A stretch of DNA of 64,000 nucleotides from Nitrosopumilus sp. (GCA_963667665.2 OY763927.2:224001-288000); one strand, 5' to 3'; counted from the stretch's first letter, positions 31,501-46,332 are shown. The notes: generated by a model from the letters alone, not told the origin. Numbers and translations: made by a program.

Positions 31501-34500
31501 ATACACCGTCAGTACCGCAGTTATAGACAACACCAACCCAAGACTTGCATCAATTGAGCGGTACAATCCCGCATCCCAAAACACGACCAGCCAGACGCTG
31601 ATCTACAAGGCAACCTTCAGCGAGGATGTCACAGGGGTGGATGTATCTGACTTTACCTTGTCTTCTGACAGTGCGAGGGGAGAAAGCACATCCACCTTAA
31701 CTGGACAGTTCACACAGACAAGATCCCCCCACCTTACCATACCTGACCTTGCAACTGTATCTGATACCATCACAGTCCCTGATTCTGAAACTGCCACATC
31801 CGTCTCAGTTGAAGTAGACATTACGCATAACTACATCGGCGATCTCAAGATAGACATTATTGCCCCTGATGGCACTTCAATAACACTACACGACAATTCT
31901 GGCGGCAGCACCGACAACATAGACCAGCCGTACGCCCCGTTATTTGGAAGCATCCCCATCTCAGGTGTCTGGACCCTGCAGATACACGACAGGGATGCTC
32001 CCGATCCAGGAGTCCTGAACAGCTGGACACTTACCATCAACTACGGCACCACCACCACTGTCAGCCCCGTCACCGGCATCTCAGGCTCCGGCGACACGTA
32101 CTACGTTACAGTCTCCTCATCTACTGACGGAACATACAACCTTGATCTTGTCTCCTCAGGCCACGACATTGTCGATGCTGCAAACAACTCGCTGACCAAC
32201 ACGGCTACCACCGGTGCAGACCAGACATACACCGTCAGTACCGCAGTTATAGATGACACCGCCCCCACACTTGAGTCAATTCAGCGATACACTCCTGCAA
32301 CCGAGAATACGGACAACCAGACACTAGTCTACAAGGCAACCTTCAGCGAGAATGTCACAGGGGTGGATGTATCTGACTTTATTTTGTCTCCTGACAGTGC
32401 CGGGGGAGGGAACACCTCTGCCTCCACCGGACAGTTCACACAGACAAGATCCCCCCACCTTACCATACCTGACCTTGCAACTGTATCTGATACCATCACA
32501 GTCTCCAGTTCTGGAACTGTCGCCTCCGTCTCAGTTGAAGTAGACATTACGCATAACTACATCGGCGATCTCAAGATAGACATTATTGCCCCTGATGGCA
32601 CTTCAATAACACTACACGACAATTCTGGCGGCAGCACCGACAACATAGACCAGCCGTACGCCCCGTTATTTGGAAGCATCCCCATCTCAGGTGTCTGGAC
32701 CCTGCAGATACACGACAGGGATGCTCCCGATCCAGGAGTCCTGAACAGCTGGACACTTACCATCAATTACGGCACCACCACCACTGTCAGCCCCGTCACT
32801 GACATCTCAGGTTCAGGTGATGTGTACTATGTGACAGTCTCTGCCACGCAGGACGGCACATACAACCTTGATCTTGTCTCATCAGACCACAACATTGTCG
32901 ATGCTGCAAACAACTCGCTGACCAACACGGCTACCACCGGTGCAGACCAGACATACACCGTCAGTACCGCAGTTATAGACAACACCAACCCAAGACTTGC
33001 ATCAATTGAGCGGTCCAGCCCGACATCCCAGAACACGGACAGCCAGTCTCTACTCTACAAGGCAACCTTTAGCGAGGATGTCACGGGAGTAACTGCATCC
33101 GACTTTGTCCTGTCTCCTAGCAGTACGGGAAGAGTCAGCGGCACCACCCAAGTCACCGGCATCTCAGGCTCCGGCGACACGTACTACGTTACAGTCTCCT
33201 CATCTACTGACGGAACATACAACCTTGATCTTGTCTCATCAGGCCACAACATTGTCGATGCTGCAAACAACTCGCTGACCAACACGGCTACCACCGGTGC
33301 AGACCAGACATACACCGTCAGTACCGCAGTTATAGACAACACCAACCCAAGACTTGCATCAATTGAGCGGTACACTCCTGCAACCGAGAATACGGACAAC
33401 CAGACACTAGTCTACAAGGCAACCTTTAGCGAGGATGTCACAGGGGTGGATGTATCTGACTTTACCTTGTCTTCTGACAGTGCGGGGGGAGAAAGCACAT
33501 CCACCTCAACTGGACAGTTCACACAGACAAGATCCCCCCACCTTACCATACCTGACCTTGCAACTGTATCTGATACCATCACAGTCTCCAGTTCTGGAAC
33601 TGTCGCCTCCGTCTCAGTTGAAGTAGACATCACGCATAACTACATCGGCGATCTCAAGATAGACATTATTGCCCCTGATGGCACTTCAATAACACTACAC
33701 GACAATTCTGGCGGCAGCACCGACAACATAGACCAGCCGTACGCCCCGTTATTTGGAAGCATCCCCATCTCAGGTGTCTGGACCCTGCAGATACACGACA
33801 GGACTGCTCCCGATCCAGGAGTCCTGAACAGCTGGACACTTACCATCAATTACGGCGATACTGCCACAACTCTCAGCTCCGTCACTGACATCTCAGGTTC
33901 AGGTGATGTGTACTATGTGACAGTCTTTGCATCAACTAATGGGACATACAACCTTGATCTTGTCTCATCAGACCACAACATTGTCGATGCTGCAAACAAC
34001 TCGCTGACCAACACGGCTACCACTGGTGCAGACCAGACATACACCGTCAGTACCGCAGTTATAGATGACACCGCCCCCACACTTGAGTCAATTCAGCGAT
34101 ACACTCCTGCAACCGAGAATACGGACAACCAGACACTAGTCTACAAGGCAACCTTCAGCGAGAATGTCACAGGGGTGGATGTATCTGACTTTATTTTGTC
34201 TCCTGACAGTGCCGGGGGAACAGGCGGCGGTAGCAGCCCTGTTACTGACGTCTCAGGTTCAGGTGATGTGTACTCTGTGACAGTCTTTGCATCAACTAAT
34301 GGGACATACAACCTTGATCTTATCTCATCAGGTCACGGCATCGCAGATACTGCAAGCAACCCGCTGACCGACACGGCTACCACCGGGGCAGACCAGACAT
34401 ACACCGTCAGTACCGCAGTTATAGACACCATCTACCCAAGACTTGCATCAATTGAGCGGTACAATCCCGCATCCCAAAACACGACCAGCCAGACGCTGAT

Positions 34501-37500
34501 CTACAAGGCAACCTTCAGCGAGAATGTCACAGGGGTGGATGCATCTGACTTTATTTTGTCTCCTGACAGCACCTGGGGAGGGAACACCTCTGCCTCCACC
34601 GGACAGTTCACGCATACAAGATCCCCCAACCTTACCATACCTGACCTTGCAACTGTATCTGATACCATCACAGTCTCCAGTTCTGGAACTGTCGCCTCCG
34701 TCTCAGTTGAAGTAGACATTACGCATAACTACATCGGCGATCTCAAGATAGACATTATTGCCCCTGATGGCACTTCAATAACACTACACGACAATTCTGG
34801 CGGCAGCACCGACAACATAGACCAGCCGTACGCCCCGTTATTTGGAAGCATCCCCATCTCAGGTGTCTGGACCCTGCAGATACACGACAGGGATGCTCCC
34901 GATCCAGGAGTCCTGAACAGCTGGACACTTACCATCAATTACGGCACCACCACCACTGTCAGCCCCGTCACTGACATCTCAGGTTCAGGTGATGTGTACT
35001 ATGTGACAGTCTCTGCCACGCAGGACGGCACATACAACCTTGATCTTGTCTCATCAGACCACAACATTGTCGATGCTGCAAACAACTCGCTGACCAACAC
35101 GGCTACCACCGGTGCAGACCAGACATACACCGTCAGTACCGCAGTTATAGACAACACCAACCCAAGACTTGCATCAATTGAGCGGTCCAGCCCGACATCC
35201 CAGAACACGGACAGCCAGTCTCTACTCTACAAGGCAACCTTTAGCGAGGATGTCACGGGAGTAACTGCATCCGACTTTGTCCTGTCTCCTAGCAGTACGG
35301 GAAGAGTCAGCGGCACCACCCAAGTCACCGGCATCTCAGGCTCCGGCGACACGTACTACGTTACAGTCTCCTCATCTACTGACGGAACATACAACCTTGA
35401 TCTTGTCTCCTCAGGCCACAACATTGTCGATGCTGCAAACAACTCGCTGACCAACACGGCTACCACCGGTGCAGACCAGACATACACTGTCAGTACCGCA
35501 GTTATAGACAACACCAACCCAAGACTTGCATCAATTGAGCGGTACACTCCTGCAACCGAGAATACGGACAACCAGACACTAGTCTACAAGGCAACCTTTA
35601 GCGAGGATGTCACAGGGGTGGATGTATCTGACTTTACCTTGTCTTCTGACAGTGCGGGGGGAGAAAGCACATCCACCTCAACTGGACAGTTCACACAGAC
35701 AAGATCCCCCCACCTTACCATACCTGACCTTGCAACTGTATCTGATACCATCACAGTCTCCAGTTCTGGAACTGTCGCCTCCGTCTCAGTTGAAGTAGAC
35801 ATCACGCATAACTACATCGGCGATCTCAAGATAGACATTATTGCCCCTGATGGCACTTCAATAACACTACACGACAATTCTGGCGGCAGCACCGACAACA
35901 TAGACCAGCCGTACGCCCCGTTATTTGGAAGCATCCCCATCTCAGGTGTCTGGACCCTGCAGATACACGACAGGACTGCTCCCGATCCAGGAGTCCTGAA
36001 CAGCTGGACACTTACCATCAATTACGGCGATACTGCCACAACTCTCAGCTCCGTCACTGACATCTCAGGTTCAGGTGATGTGTACTATGTGACAGTCTTT
36101 GCATCAACTAATGGGACATACAACCTTGATCTTGTCTCATCAGACCACAACATTGTCGATGCTGCAAACAACTCGCTGACCAACACGGCTACCACTGGTG
36201 CAGACCAGACATACACCGTCAGTACCGCAGTTATAGATGACACCGCCCCCACACTTGAGTCAATTCAGCGATACACTCCTGCAACCGAGAATACGGACAA
36301 CCAGACACTAGTCTACAAGGCAACCTTCAGCGAGAATGTCACAGGGGTGGATGTATCTGACTTTATTTTGTCTCCTGACAGTGCCGGGGGAACAGGCGGC
36401 GGTAGCAGCCCTGTTACTGACGTCTCAGGTTCAGGTGATGTGTACTCTGTGACAGTCTTTGCATCAACTAATGGGACATACAACCTTGATCTTATCTCAT
36501 CAGGTCACGGCATCGCAGATACTGCAAGCAACCCGCTGACCGACACGGCTACCACCGGGGCAGACCAGACATACACCGTCAGTACCGCAGTTATAGACAC
36601 CATCTACCCAAGACTTGCATCAATTGAGCGGTACAATCCCGCATCCCAAAACACGACCAGCCAGACGCTGATCTACAAGGCAACCTTCAGCGAGAATGTC
36701 ACAGGGGTGGATGCATCTGACTTTATTTTGTCTCCTGACAGCACCTGGGGAGGGAACACCTCTGCCTCCACCGGACAGTTCACGCATACAAGATCCCCCA
36801 ACCTTACCATACCTGACCTTGCAACTGTATCTGATACCATCACAGTCTCCAGTTCTGGAACTGTCGCCTCCGTCTCAGTTGAAGTAGACATTACGCATAA
36901 CTACATCGGCGATCTCAAGATAGACATTATTGCCCCTGATGGCACTTCAATAACACTACACGACAATTCTGGCGGCAGCACCGACAACATAGACCAGCCG
37001 TACGCCCCGTTATTTGGAAGCATCCCCATCTCAGGTGTCTGGACCCTGCAGATACACGACAGGGATGCTCCCGATCCAGGAGTCCTGAACAGCTGGACAC
37101 TTACCATCAATTACGGCACCACCACCACTGTCAGCCCCGTCACTGACATCTCAGGTTCAGGTGATGTGTACTATGTGACAGTCTCTGCCACGCAGGACGG
37201 CACATACAACCTTGATCTTGTCTCATCAGACCACAACATTGTCGATGCTGCAAACAACTCGCTGACCAACACGGCTACCACCGGTGCAGACCAGACATAC
37301 ACCGTCAGTACCGCAGTTATAGACAACACCAACCCAAGACTTGCATCAATTGAGCGGTCCAGCCCGACATCCCAGAACACGGACAGCCAGTCTCTACTCT
37401 ACAAGGCAACCTTTAGCGAGGATGTCACGGGAGTAACTGCATCCGACTTTGTCCTGTCTCCTAGCAGTACGGGAAGAGTCAGCGGCACCACCCAAGTCAC

Positions 37501-40500
37501 CGGCATCTCAGGCTCCGGCGACACGTACTACGTTACAGTCTCCTCATCTACTGACGGAACATACAACCTTGATCTTGTCTCCTCAGGCCACAACATTGTC
37601 GATGCTGCAAACAACTCGCTGACCAACACGGCTACCACCGGTGCAGACCAGACATACACTGTCAGTACCGCAGTTATAGACAACACCAACCCAAGACTTG
37701 CATCAATTGAGCGGTACACTCCTGCAACCGAGAATACGGACAACCAGACACTAGTCTACAAGGCAACCTTTAGCGAGGATGTCACAGGGGTGGATGTATC
37801 TGACTTTACCTTGTCTTCTGACAGTGCGGGGGGAGAAAGCACATCCACCTCAACTGGACAGTTCACACAGACAAGATCCCCCCACCTTACCATACCTGAC
37901 CTTGCAACTGTATCTGATACCATCACAGTCTCCAGTTCTGGAACTGTCGCCTCCGTCTCAGTTGAAGTAGACATCACGCATAACTACATCGGCGATCTCA
38001 AGATAGACATTATTGCCCCTGATGGCACTTCAATAACACTACACGACAATTCTGGCGGCAGCACCGACAACATAGACCAGCCGTACGCCCCGTTATTTGG
38101 AAGCATCCCCATCTCAGGTGTCTGGACCCTGCAGATACACGACAGGACTGCTCCCGATCCAGGAGTCCTGAACAGCTGGACACTTACCATCAATTACGGC
38201 GATACTGCCACAACTCTCAGCTCCGTCACTGACATCTCAGGTTCAGGTGATGTGTACTATGTGACAGTCTTTGCATCAACTAATGGGACATACAACCTTG
38301 ATCTTGTCTCATCAGACCACAACATTGTCGATGCTGCAAACAACTCGCTGACCAACACGGCTACCACTGGTGCAGACCAGACATACACCGTCAGTACCGC
38401 AGTTATAGATGACACCGCCCCCACACTTGAGTCAATTCAGCGATACACTCCTGCAACCGAGAATACGGACAACCAGACACTAGTCTACAAGGCAACCTTC
38501 AGCGAGAATGTCACAGGGGTGGATGTATCTGACTTTATTTTGTCTCCTGACAGTGCCGGGGGAACAGGCGGCGGTAGCAGCCCTGTTACTGACGTCTCAG
38601 GTTCAGGTGATGTGTACTCTGTGACAGTCTTTGCATCAACTAATGGGACATACAACCTTGATCTTATCTCATCAGGTCACGGCATCGCAGATACTGCAAG
38701 CAACCCGCTGACCGACACGGCTACCACCGGGGCAGACCAGACATACACCGTCAGTACCGCAGTTATAGACACCATCTACCCAAGACTTGCATCAATTGAG
38801 CGGTACAATCCCGCATCCCAAAACACGACCAGCCAGACGCTGATCTACAAGGCAACCTTCAGCGAGAATGTCACAGGGGTGGATGCATCTGACTTTATTT
38901 TGTCTCCTGACAGCACCTGGGGAGGGAACACCTCTGCCTCCACCGGACAGTTCACGCATACAAGATCCCCCAACCTTACCATACCTGACCTTGCAACTGT
39001 ATCTGATACCATCACAGTCTCCAGTTCTGGAACTGTCGCCTCCGTCTCAGTTGAAGTAGACATTACGCATAACTACATCGGCGATCTCAAGATAGACATT
39101 ATTGCCCCTGATGGCACTTCAATAACACTACACGACAATTCTGGCGGCAGCACCGACAACATAGACCAGCCGTACGCCCCGTTATTTGGAAGCATCCCCA
39201 TCTCAGGTGTCTGGACCCTGCAGATACACGACAGGGATGCTCCCGATCCAGGAGTCCTGAACAGCTGGACACTTACCATCAATTACGGCACCACCACCAC
39301 TGTCAGCCCCGTCACTGACATCTCAGGTTCAGGTGATGTGTACTATGTGACAGTCTCTGCATTACAGGACGGCACATACAACCTTGATCTTGTCTCATCA
39401 GACCACAACATTGTCGATGCTGCAAACAACTCGCTGACCAACACGGCTACCACCGGTGCAGACCAGACATACACCGTCAGTACCGCAGTTATAGACAACA
39501 CCAACCCAAGACTTGCATCAATTGAGCGGTCCAGCCCGACATCCCAGAACACGGACAGCCAGTCTCTACTCTACAAGGCAACCTTTAGCGAGGATGTCAC
39601 GGGAGTAACTGCATCCGACTTTGTCCTGTCTCCTAGCAGTACGGGAAGAGTCAGCGGCACCACCCAAGTCACCGGCATCTCAGGCTCCGGCGACACGTAC
39701 TACGTTACAGTCTCCTCATCTACTGACGGAACATACAACCTTGATCTTGTCTCCTCAGGCCACAACATTGTCGATGCTGCAAACAACTCGCTGACCAACA
39801 CGGCTACCACCGGTGCAGACCAGACATACACTGTCAGTACCGCAGTTATAGACAACACCAACCCAAGACTTGCATCAATTGAGCGGTACACTCCTGCAAC
39901 CGAGAATACGGACAACCAGACACTAGTCTACAAGGCAACCTTTAGCGAGGATGTCACAGGGGTGGATGTATCTGACTTTACCTTGTCTTCTGACAGTGCG
40001 GGGGGAGAAAGCACATCCACCTCAACTGGACAGTTCACACAGACAAGATCCCCCCACCTTACCATACCTGACCTTGCAACTGTATCTGATACCATCACAG
40101 TCCCTGATTCTGAAACTGCCACATCCGTCTCAGTTGAAGTAGACATCACGCATAACTACATCGGCGATCTCAAGATAGACATTATTGCCCCTGATGGCAC
40201 TTCAATAACACTACACGACAATTCTGGCGGCAGCACCGACAACATAGACCAGCCGTACGCCCCGTTATTTGGAAGCATCCCCATCTCAGGTGTCTGGACC
40301 CTGCAGATACACGACAGGACTGCTCCCGATCCAGGAGTCCTGAACAGCTGGACACTTACCATCAATTACGGCGATACTGCCACAACTCTCAGCTCCGTCA
40401 CTGACATCTCAGGTTCAGGTGATGTGTACTATGTGACAGTCTCTGCATTACAGGACGGCACATACAACCTTGATCTTGTCTCATCAGACCACAACATTGT

Positions 40501-43500
40501 CGATGCTGCAAACAACTCGCTGACCAACACGGCTACCACTGGTGCAGACCAGACATACACCGTCAGTACCGCAGTTATAGACAACACCAACCCAAGACTT
40601 GCATCAATTGAGCGGTACAATCCTGCAACCGAGAATACGGACAACCAGACACTAGTCTACAAGGCAACCTTCAGCGAGAATGTCACAGGGGTGGATGTAT
40701 CTGACTTTATTTTGTCTCCTGACAGTGCCGGGGGAACAGGCGGCGGTAGCAGCCCTGTTACTGACGTCTCAGGTTCAGGTGATGTGTACTCTGTGACAGT
40801 CTTTGCATCAACTAATGGGACATACAACCTTGATCTTATCTCATCAGGTCACGGCATCGCAGATACTGCAAGCAACCCGCTGACCGACACGGCTACCACC
40901 GGGGCAGACCAGACATACACCGTCAGTACCGCAGTTATAGACAACACCAACCCAAGACTTGCATCAATTGAGCGGTACAATCCCGCATCCCAAAACACGA
41001 CCAGCCAGACGCTGATCTACAAGGCAACCTTCAGCGAGAATGTCACAGGGGTGGATGCATCTGACTTTATTTTGTCTCCTGACAGCACCTGGGGAGGGAA
41101 CACCTCTGCCTCCACCGGACAGTTCACGCATACAAGATCCCCCAACCTTACCATACCTGACCTTGCAACTGTATCTGATACCATCACAGTCTCCAGTTCT
41201 GGAACTGTCGCCTCCGTCTCAGTTGAAGTAGACATTACGCATAACTACATCGGCGATCTCAAGATAGACATTATTGCCCCTGATGGCACTTCAATAACAC
41301 TACACGACAATTCTGGCGGCAGCACCGACAACATAGACCAGCCGTACGCCCCGTTATTTGGAAGCATCCCCATCTCAGGTGTCTGGACCCTGCAGATACA
41401 CGACAGGGATGCTCCCGATCCAGGAGTCCTGAACAGCTGGACACTTACCATCAATTACGGCACCACCACCACTGTCAGCCCCGTCACTGACATCTCAGGT
41501 TCAGGTGATGTGTACTATGTGACAGTCTCTGCATTACAGGACGGCACATACAACCTTGATCTTGTCTCATCAGACCACAACATTGTCGATGCTGCAAACA
41601 ACTCGCTGACCAACACGGCTACCACCGGTGCAGACCAGACATACACCGTCAGTACCGCAGTTATAGACAACACCAACCCAAGACTTGCATCAATTGAGCG
41701 GTCCAGCCCGACATCCCAGAACACGGACAGCCAGTCTCTACTCTACAAGGCAACCTTTAGCGAGGATGTCACGGGAGTAACTGCATCCGACTTTGTCCTG
41801 TCTCCTAGCAGTACGGGAAGAGTCAGCGGCACCACCCAAGTCACCGGCATCTCAGGCTCCGGCGACACGTACTACGTTACAGTCTCCTCATCTACTGACG
41901 GAACATACAACCTTGATCTTGTCTCCTCAGGCCACAACATTGTCGATGCTGCAAACAACTCGCTGACCAACACGGCTACCACCGGTGCAGACCAGACATA
42001 CACTGTCAGTACCGCAGTTATAGACAACACCAACCCAAGACTTGCATCAATTGAGCGGTACACTCCTGCAACCGAGAATACGGACAACCAGACACTAGTC
42101 TACAAGGCAACCTTTAGCGAGGATGTCACAGGGGTGGATGTATCTGACTTTACCTTGTCTTCTGACAGTGCGGGGGGAGAAAGCACATCCACCTCAACTG
42201 GACAGTTCACACAGACAAGATCCCCCCACCTTACCATACCTGACCTTGCAACTGTATCTGATACCATCACAGTCCCTGATTCTGAAACTGCCACATCCGT
42301 CTCAGTTGAAGTAGACATCACGCATAACTACATCGGCGATCTCAAGATAGACATTATTGCCCCTGATGGCACTTCAATAACACTACACGACAATTCTGGC
42401 GGCAGCACCGACAACATAGACCAGCCGTACGCCCCGTTATTTGGAAGCATCCCCATCTCAGGTGTCTGGACCCTGCAGATACACGACAGGACTGCTCCCG
42501 ATCCAGGAGTCCTGAACAGCTGGACACTTACCATCAATTACGGCGATACTGCCACAACTCTCAGCTCCGTCACTGACATCTCAGGTTCAGGTGATGTGTA
42601 CTATGTGACAGTCTCTGCATTACAGGACGGCACATACAACCTTGATCTTGTCTCATCAGACCACAACATTGTCGATGCTGCAAACAACTCGCTGACCAAC
42701 ACGGCTACCACTGGTGCAGACCAGACATACACCGTCAGTATCGCAGTTATAGACAACACCAACCCAAGACTTGCATCAATTGAGCGGTACAATCCTGCAA
42801 CCGAGAATACGGACAGCCAGTCTCTACTCTACAAGGCAACCTTTAGCGAGGATGTCACGGGAGTAACTGCATCCGACTTTGTCCTGTCTCCTAGCAGTAC
42901 GGGAAGAGTCAGCGGCACCACCCAAGTCACCGGCATCTCAGGCTCCGGCGACACGTACTACGTTACAGTCTCCTCATCTACTGACGGAACATACAACCTT
43001 GATCTTGTCTCCTCAGGCCACAACATTGTCGATGCTGCAAGCAACCCGCTGACCGACACGGCTACCACCGGGGCAGACCAGACATACACCGTCAGTACCG
43101 CAGTTATAGACAACACCAACCCAAGACTTGCATCAATTGAGCGGTACACTCCTGCAACCGAGAATACGGACAACCAGACACTAGTCTACAAGGCAACCTT
43201 TAGCGAGGATGTCACAGGGGTGGATGTATCTGACTTTACCTTGTCTTCTGACAGTGCGGGGGGAGAAAGCACATCCACCTCAACTGGACAGTTCACACAG
43301 ACAAGATCCCCCCACCTTACCATACCTGACCTTGCAACTGTATCTGATACCATCACAGTCCCTGATTCTGAAACTGCCACATCCGTCTCAGTTGAAGTAG
43401 ACATTACGCATAACTACATCGGCGATCTCAAGATAGACATTATTGCCCCTGATGGCACTTCAATAACACTACACGACAATTCTGGCGGCAGCACCGACAA

Positions 43501-44188
43501 CATAGACCAGCCGTACGCCCCGTTATTTGGAAGCATCCCCATCTCAGGTGTCTGGACCCTGCAGATACACGACAGGACTGCTCCCGATCCAGGAGTCCTG
43601 AACAGCTGGACACTTACCATCAATTACGGCACCACCACCACTGTCAGCCCCGTCACTGACATCTCAGGTTCAGGTGATGTGTACTATGTGACAGTCTCTG
43701 CCACGCAGGACGGCACATACAACCTTGATCTTGTCTCATCAGACCACAACATTGCAGATGCTGCAAACAACTCGCTGACCAACACGGCTACCACTGGTGC
43801 AGACCAGACATACACCGTCAGTACCGCAGTTATAGACAACACCAACCCAAGACTTGCATCAATTGAGAGGTCCAGCCCGACATCCCAAAATACGAACAGC
43901 CAGTTCCTGATCTACAAGGCAACCTTTAGCGAGAACGTTACGGGAGTGACTGAATCTGACTTTACTTTGTCACCTGGCAGCACGGGAAGGGAAAATAACG
44001 GCATCAGTCCGATCATCGGCATCACAGGTTCCGGCGACACATACTACGTGATAGTTTCCTCAACCGTTGACGGGACATACAACCTTGATCTTGTCTCATC
44101 AGGCCACAACATTGCAGATGCTGCAGACAACCCGCTGACCAACACGGTTCCCATCACCGGAATTGATCAGACGTACACAAAGATCTAA
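25540..44188 (+). CDS. Giant secreted surface protein (~6200 aa): PKD/K319-like + DUF285 x2, about 30 Ig-like repeats, 13 proprotein-convertase P-domains; frame broken at ~29630-30050
   Basis: ORFs 25540..29781 and 30569..44188 (open from about 30050) share the same 119-aa repeat across a garbled segment; WDVSSVT.M..MF repeats; [16 protein letters not shown]...GVWTLQI.D....D.G.LNSWTL P-domain motif. Confidence 0.8.
28370..44185 (+). repeat. Coding tandem array: ~357-bp units, ~727-bp units with P-domain, 2172-bp higher-order repeat
   Basis: Near-identical shadow ORFs recur at 33412, 35584, 37756, 39928 and 42100 (period 2172) and at 28569, 28926 and 29283 (period 357). Confidence 0.95.
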
Positions 44189-44244
44189 AACCTTGTATAA
44201 TCGCCTAATATTTTTAACCCCACACGTCCTGTAAGGGGTTATCT

Positions 44245-44266
44245 ATGTCAGAAGTTGAAAATGTGC
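44245..44266. mobile_element. Orphan ISH3-like terminal inverted repeat
   Basis: ATGTCAGAAGTTGAAAATGTGC is the exact reverse complement of 22578-22599. Confidence 0.75.
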
Positions 44267-44449
44267 TCCGTAAATGGATTTTTTGCTCATAATCTCATAA
44301 TCTAATTGACATTATTTTTTGATATACGATGCTAAATGTTGGCTCTGTGTCATTGTCGGTTGAGATCTTCTCCTTGTCTCATTTCGGTTGATTTTTGTAC
44401 AAATTCAGTGCTCTGTTATCCCATGTTTTCAAATGTGTGATTTTCAGTG

Positions 44450-44478
44450 TAAAACATGGAAAAATTGTACGTGTTTTA
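44450..44478 (+). other. Putative recombination site type 2, copy a (TAAAACATGGA-AAAATTG-TACGTGTTTTA)
   Basis: 11-7-11 imperfect palindrome; related copies at 46394, 47028 and 47779. Confidence 0.5.
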
Positions 44479-44520
44479 TGGACTAATGAAATATGAGTGT
44501 TTTTCACTGTGAAGGATAAA

Positions 44521-46332
44521 TTATTCTTTAGAATTTCTATTTATAATATGCTCATCTAATAAATCTACACCCTCATCTACAAAAGTCATAGAATTTCCCT
44601 TGGTGATTTTCTTAATTTTCTTTTTTAATTTATTTGAAATTTGTAATTTTGGTTTTTTCTTATTTGCAGTATAATGATCTTCAATAGACTGCATAAATTT
44701 AGGCAATATGAATAATATCTCATCTGTAGATTCAAACTTTTTTGCGAGAAATGTACCATTAATTAAATAATAACCCAATAAACTAAGCTCATCTGCTGCT
44801 TCTGTTCTATTATTTTTATTAATAGATAACCTTTGATATAAATAATGAAAGAAAAAAACAGGTGAAGAAAAAATATCTGTGACAGTTTCTAAATCATGAA
44901 AATAAACTATCCAAGGAAGAGGATAATTAGTATCAAATATGTTCATTTCATCTAATATTCTAAGATCAGTACTAAAAAATCCTAAACTTTCCAAAGTGAC
45001 ATCAATAAATAAAATTTCATTTTGAAAAGGTTCATACTCTAAAGTTAATAATTTCTTTTCTTTATTGTTATCCCAAAAAATTATTTCCTTTCCAGAAGTT
45101 ATAAAATCATAAGCTTTGGTATTTTGTTCATATGCATTTTCAATAAGATTTTTCAATCTGTCTTTTAACTTACGTCCCCCTTCTAATTTTGTATAGGGTG
45201 GAAAAGAACCCGATTTTCCTTCAACCAAAATAATTTTATTTGCACAAACAATCAAAACATCAATTTCTCCTTCTTTTCCCTCCTCATTCCAATAGTGTAA
45301 ATTTTGATAAACATTTTTTTTAGGAAAAATACGACAAAAATAACTATAAATCTGCTCTTCAACAAATTTTGATTTAGTATTAGTAAACTCATCCCAGATG
45401 GATGATTGATTGTTTCTATCTTCACTTAGTATGTATTCAACTAAGAGGTCTATTCTTTGGATTAAGACATCTGGTCGCGTAATAAAATATCTATTTTCAT
45501 CAATTTTTATAATTGGTTTATAAAAAATGATATTAACTGATGATGAATTAACGAATTCATCAAATTGATCACCAAATGTACAACTAAAACAATCTAAATA
45601 TTTTTGAAAGTGTTGAGGATCAATATCATCAAATATTTCACAAAAATTATTTTTATTGATTATAAGAAAGTGAGGTGCTATTGCATTTAGATATGTATTG
45701 GTATAATTATTAAAACAAGTTTCAAAGGTAAGGTCATTTTCCTTCAAAAATTTTTGATAACTAGGATCATTTTCATTTAATTTTGTAGCTTCTTTATAGT
45801 TCTTAGATAAAGTTTCAAAAGTTTTGTTTGGTTGAAAATTTAAAGATTCATTTAACATTTCTCCATATTCATGTGCTTCTTTTATTGTAAAGCCATATCT
45901 AGTAAGAAAAATATCATTTAATGAATAAAGAACATTTTCAACATAATTCTCTTTTTGATGTTGAAAAATATTTGGATTGTTATCTACAAGCATTTTTTGG
46001 TTTTTAGAAATGAATTCAAGTGAATTTCTGGGTTGACCATTTTTAAACATTAATTCTGCATGAAATGTATCAAAATAATCAATCACTAATTTATAAATTT
46101 CATTAACAATCTCGGGGGTAGGTTTAGGCCCATTCAAATTATTATGTTTTAAAAATAATCCAAGAAGAAATAATGCATATGGGTTTTCACTCATTCTGTT
46201 AGTAGCATCATGAAATGAATAACTTTGTAATAATAATTCGTTTAAAGCGAGTAAAGATAATAATTCAAGATTGCCATACGTTTCTAATTTTTTTTTAATA
46301 ATTTCTAATTTTTTATAAGATTCTAAAACCAT
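44521..46332 (-). CDS. NERD/PD-(D/E)xK nuclease-domain protein, putative defence
   Basis: EE...GEIDVLIV..KIILVEGKS...AYEQ restriction-like motif; very AT-rich. Confidence 0.7.
   Translation of the reverse strand: MVLESYKKLEIIKKKLETYGNLELLSLLALNELLLQSYSFHDATNRMSENPYALFLLGLFLKHNNLNGPKPTPEIVNEIYKLVIDYFDTFHAELMFKNGQPRNSLEFISKNQKMLVDNNPNIFQHQKENYVENVLYSLNDIFLTRYGFTIKEAHEYGEMLNESLNFQPNKTFETLSKNYKEATKLNENDPSYQKFLKENDLTFETCFNNYTNTYLNAIAPHFLIINKNNFCEIFDDIDPQHFQKYLDCFSCTFGDQFDEFVNSSSVNIIFYKPIIKIDENRYFITRPDVLIQRIDLLVEYILSEDRNNQSSIWDEFTNTKSKFVEEQIYSYFCRIFPKKNVYQNLHYWNEEGKEGEIDVLIVCANKIILVEGKSGSFPPYTKLEGGRKLKDRLKNLIENAYEQNTKAYDFITSGKEIIFWDNNKEKKLLTLEYEPFQNEILFIDVTLESLGFFSTDLRILDEMNIFDTNYPLPWIVYFHDLETVTDIFSSPVFFFHYLYQRLSINKNNRTEAADELSLLGYYLINGTFLAKKFESTDEILFILPKFMQSIEDHYTANKKKPKLQISNKLKKKIKKITKGNSMTFVDEGVDLLDEHIINRNSKE

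Noticed and set aside
28254-43623. Dozens of repeated 63-103 aa ORFs on alternate frames
   Set aside because: Antisense or off-frame shadows of the giant repeat gene.
44270-44440. Weak minus-strand resemblance to an ISH3 transposase C-terminus (TKINRNETRRR)
   Set aside because: Too short and interrupted to decide whether the 44245 IR is a left or right end.
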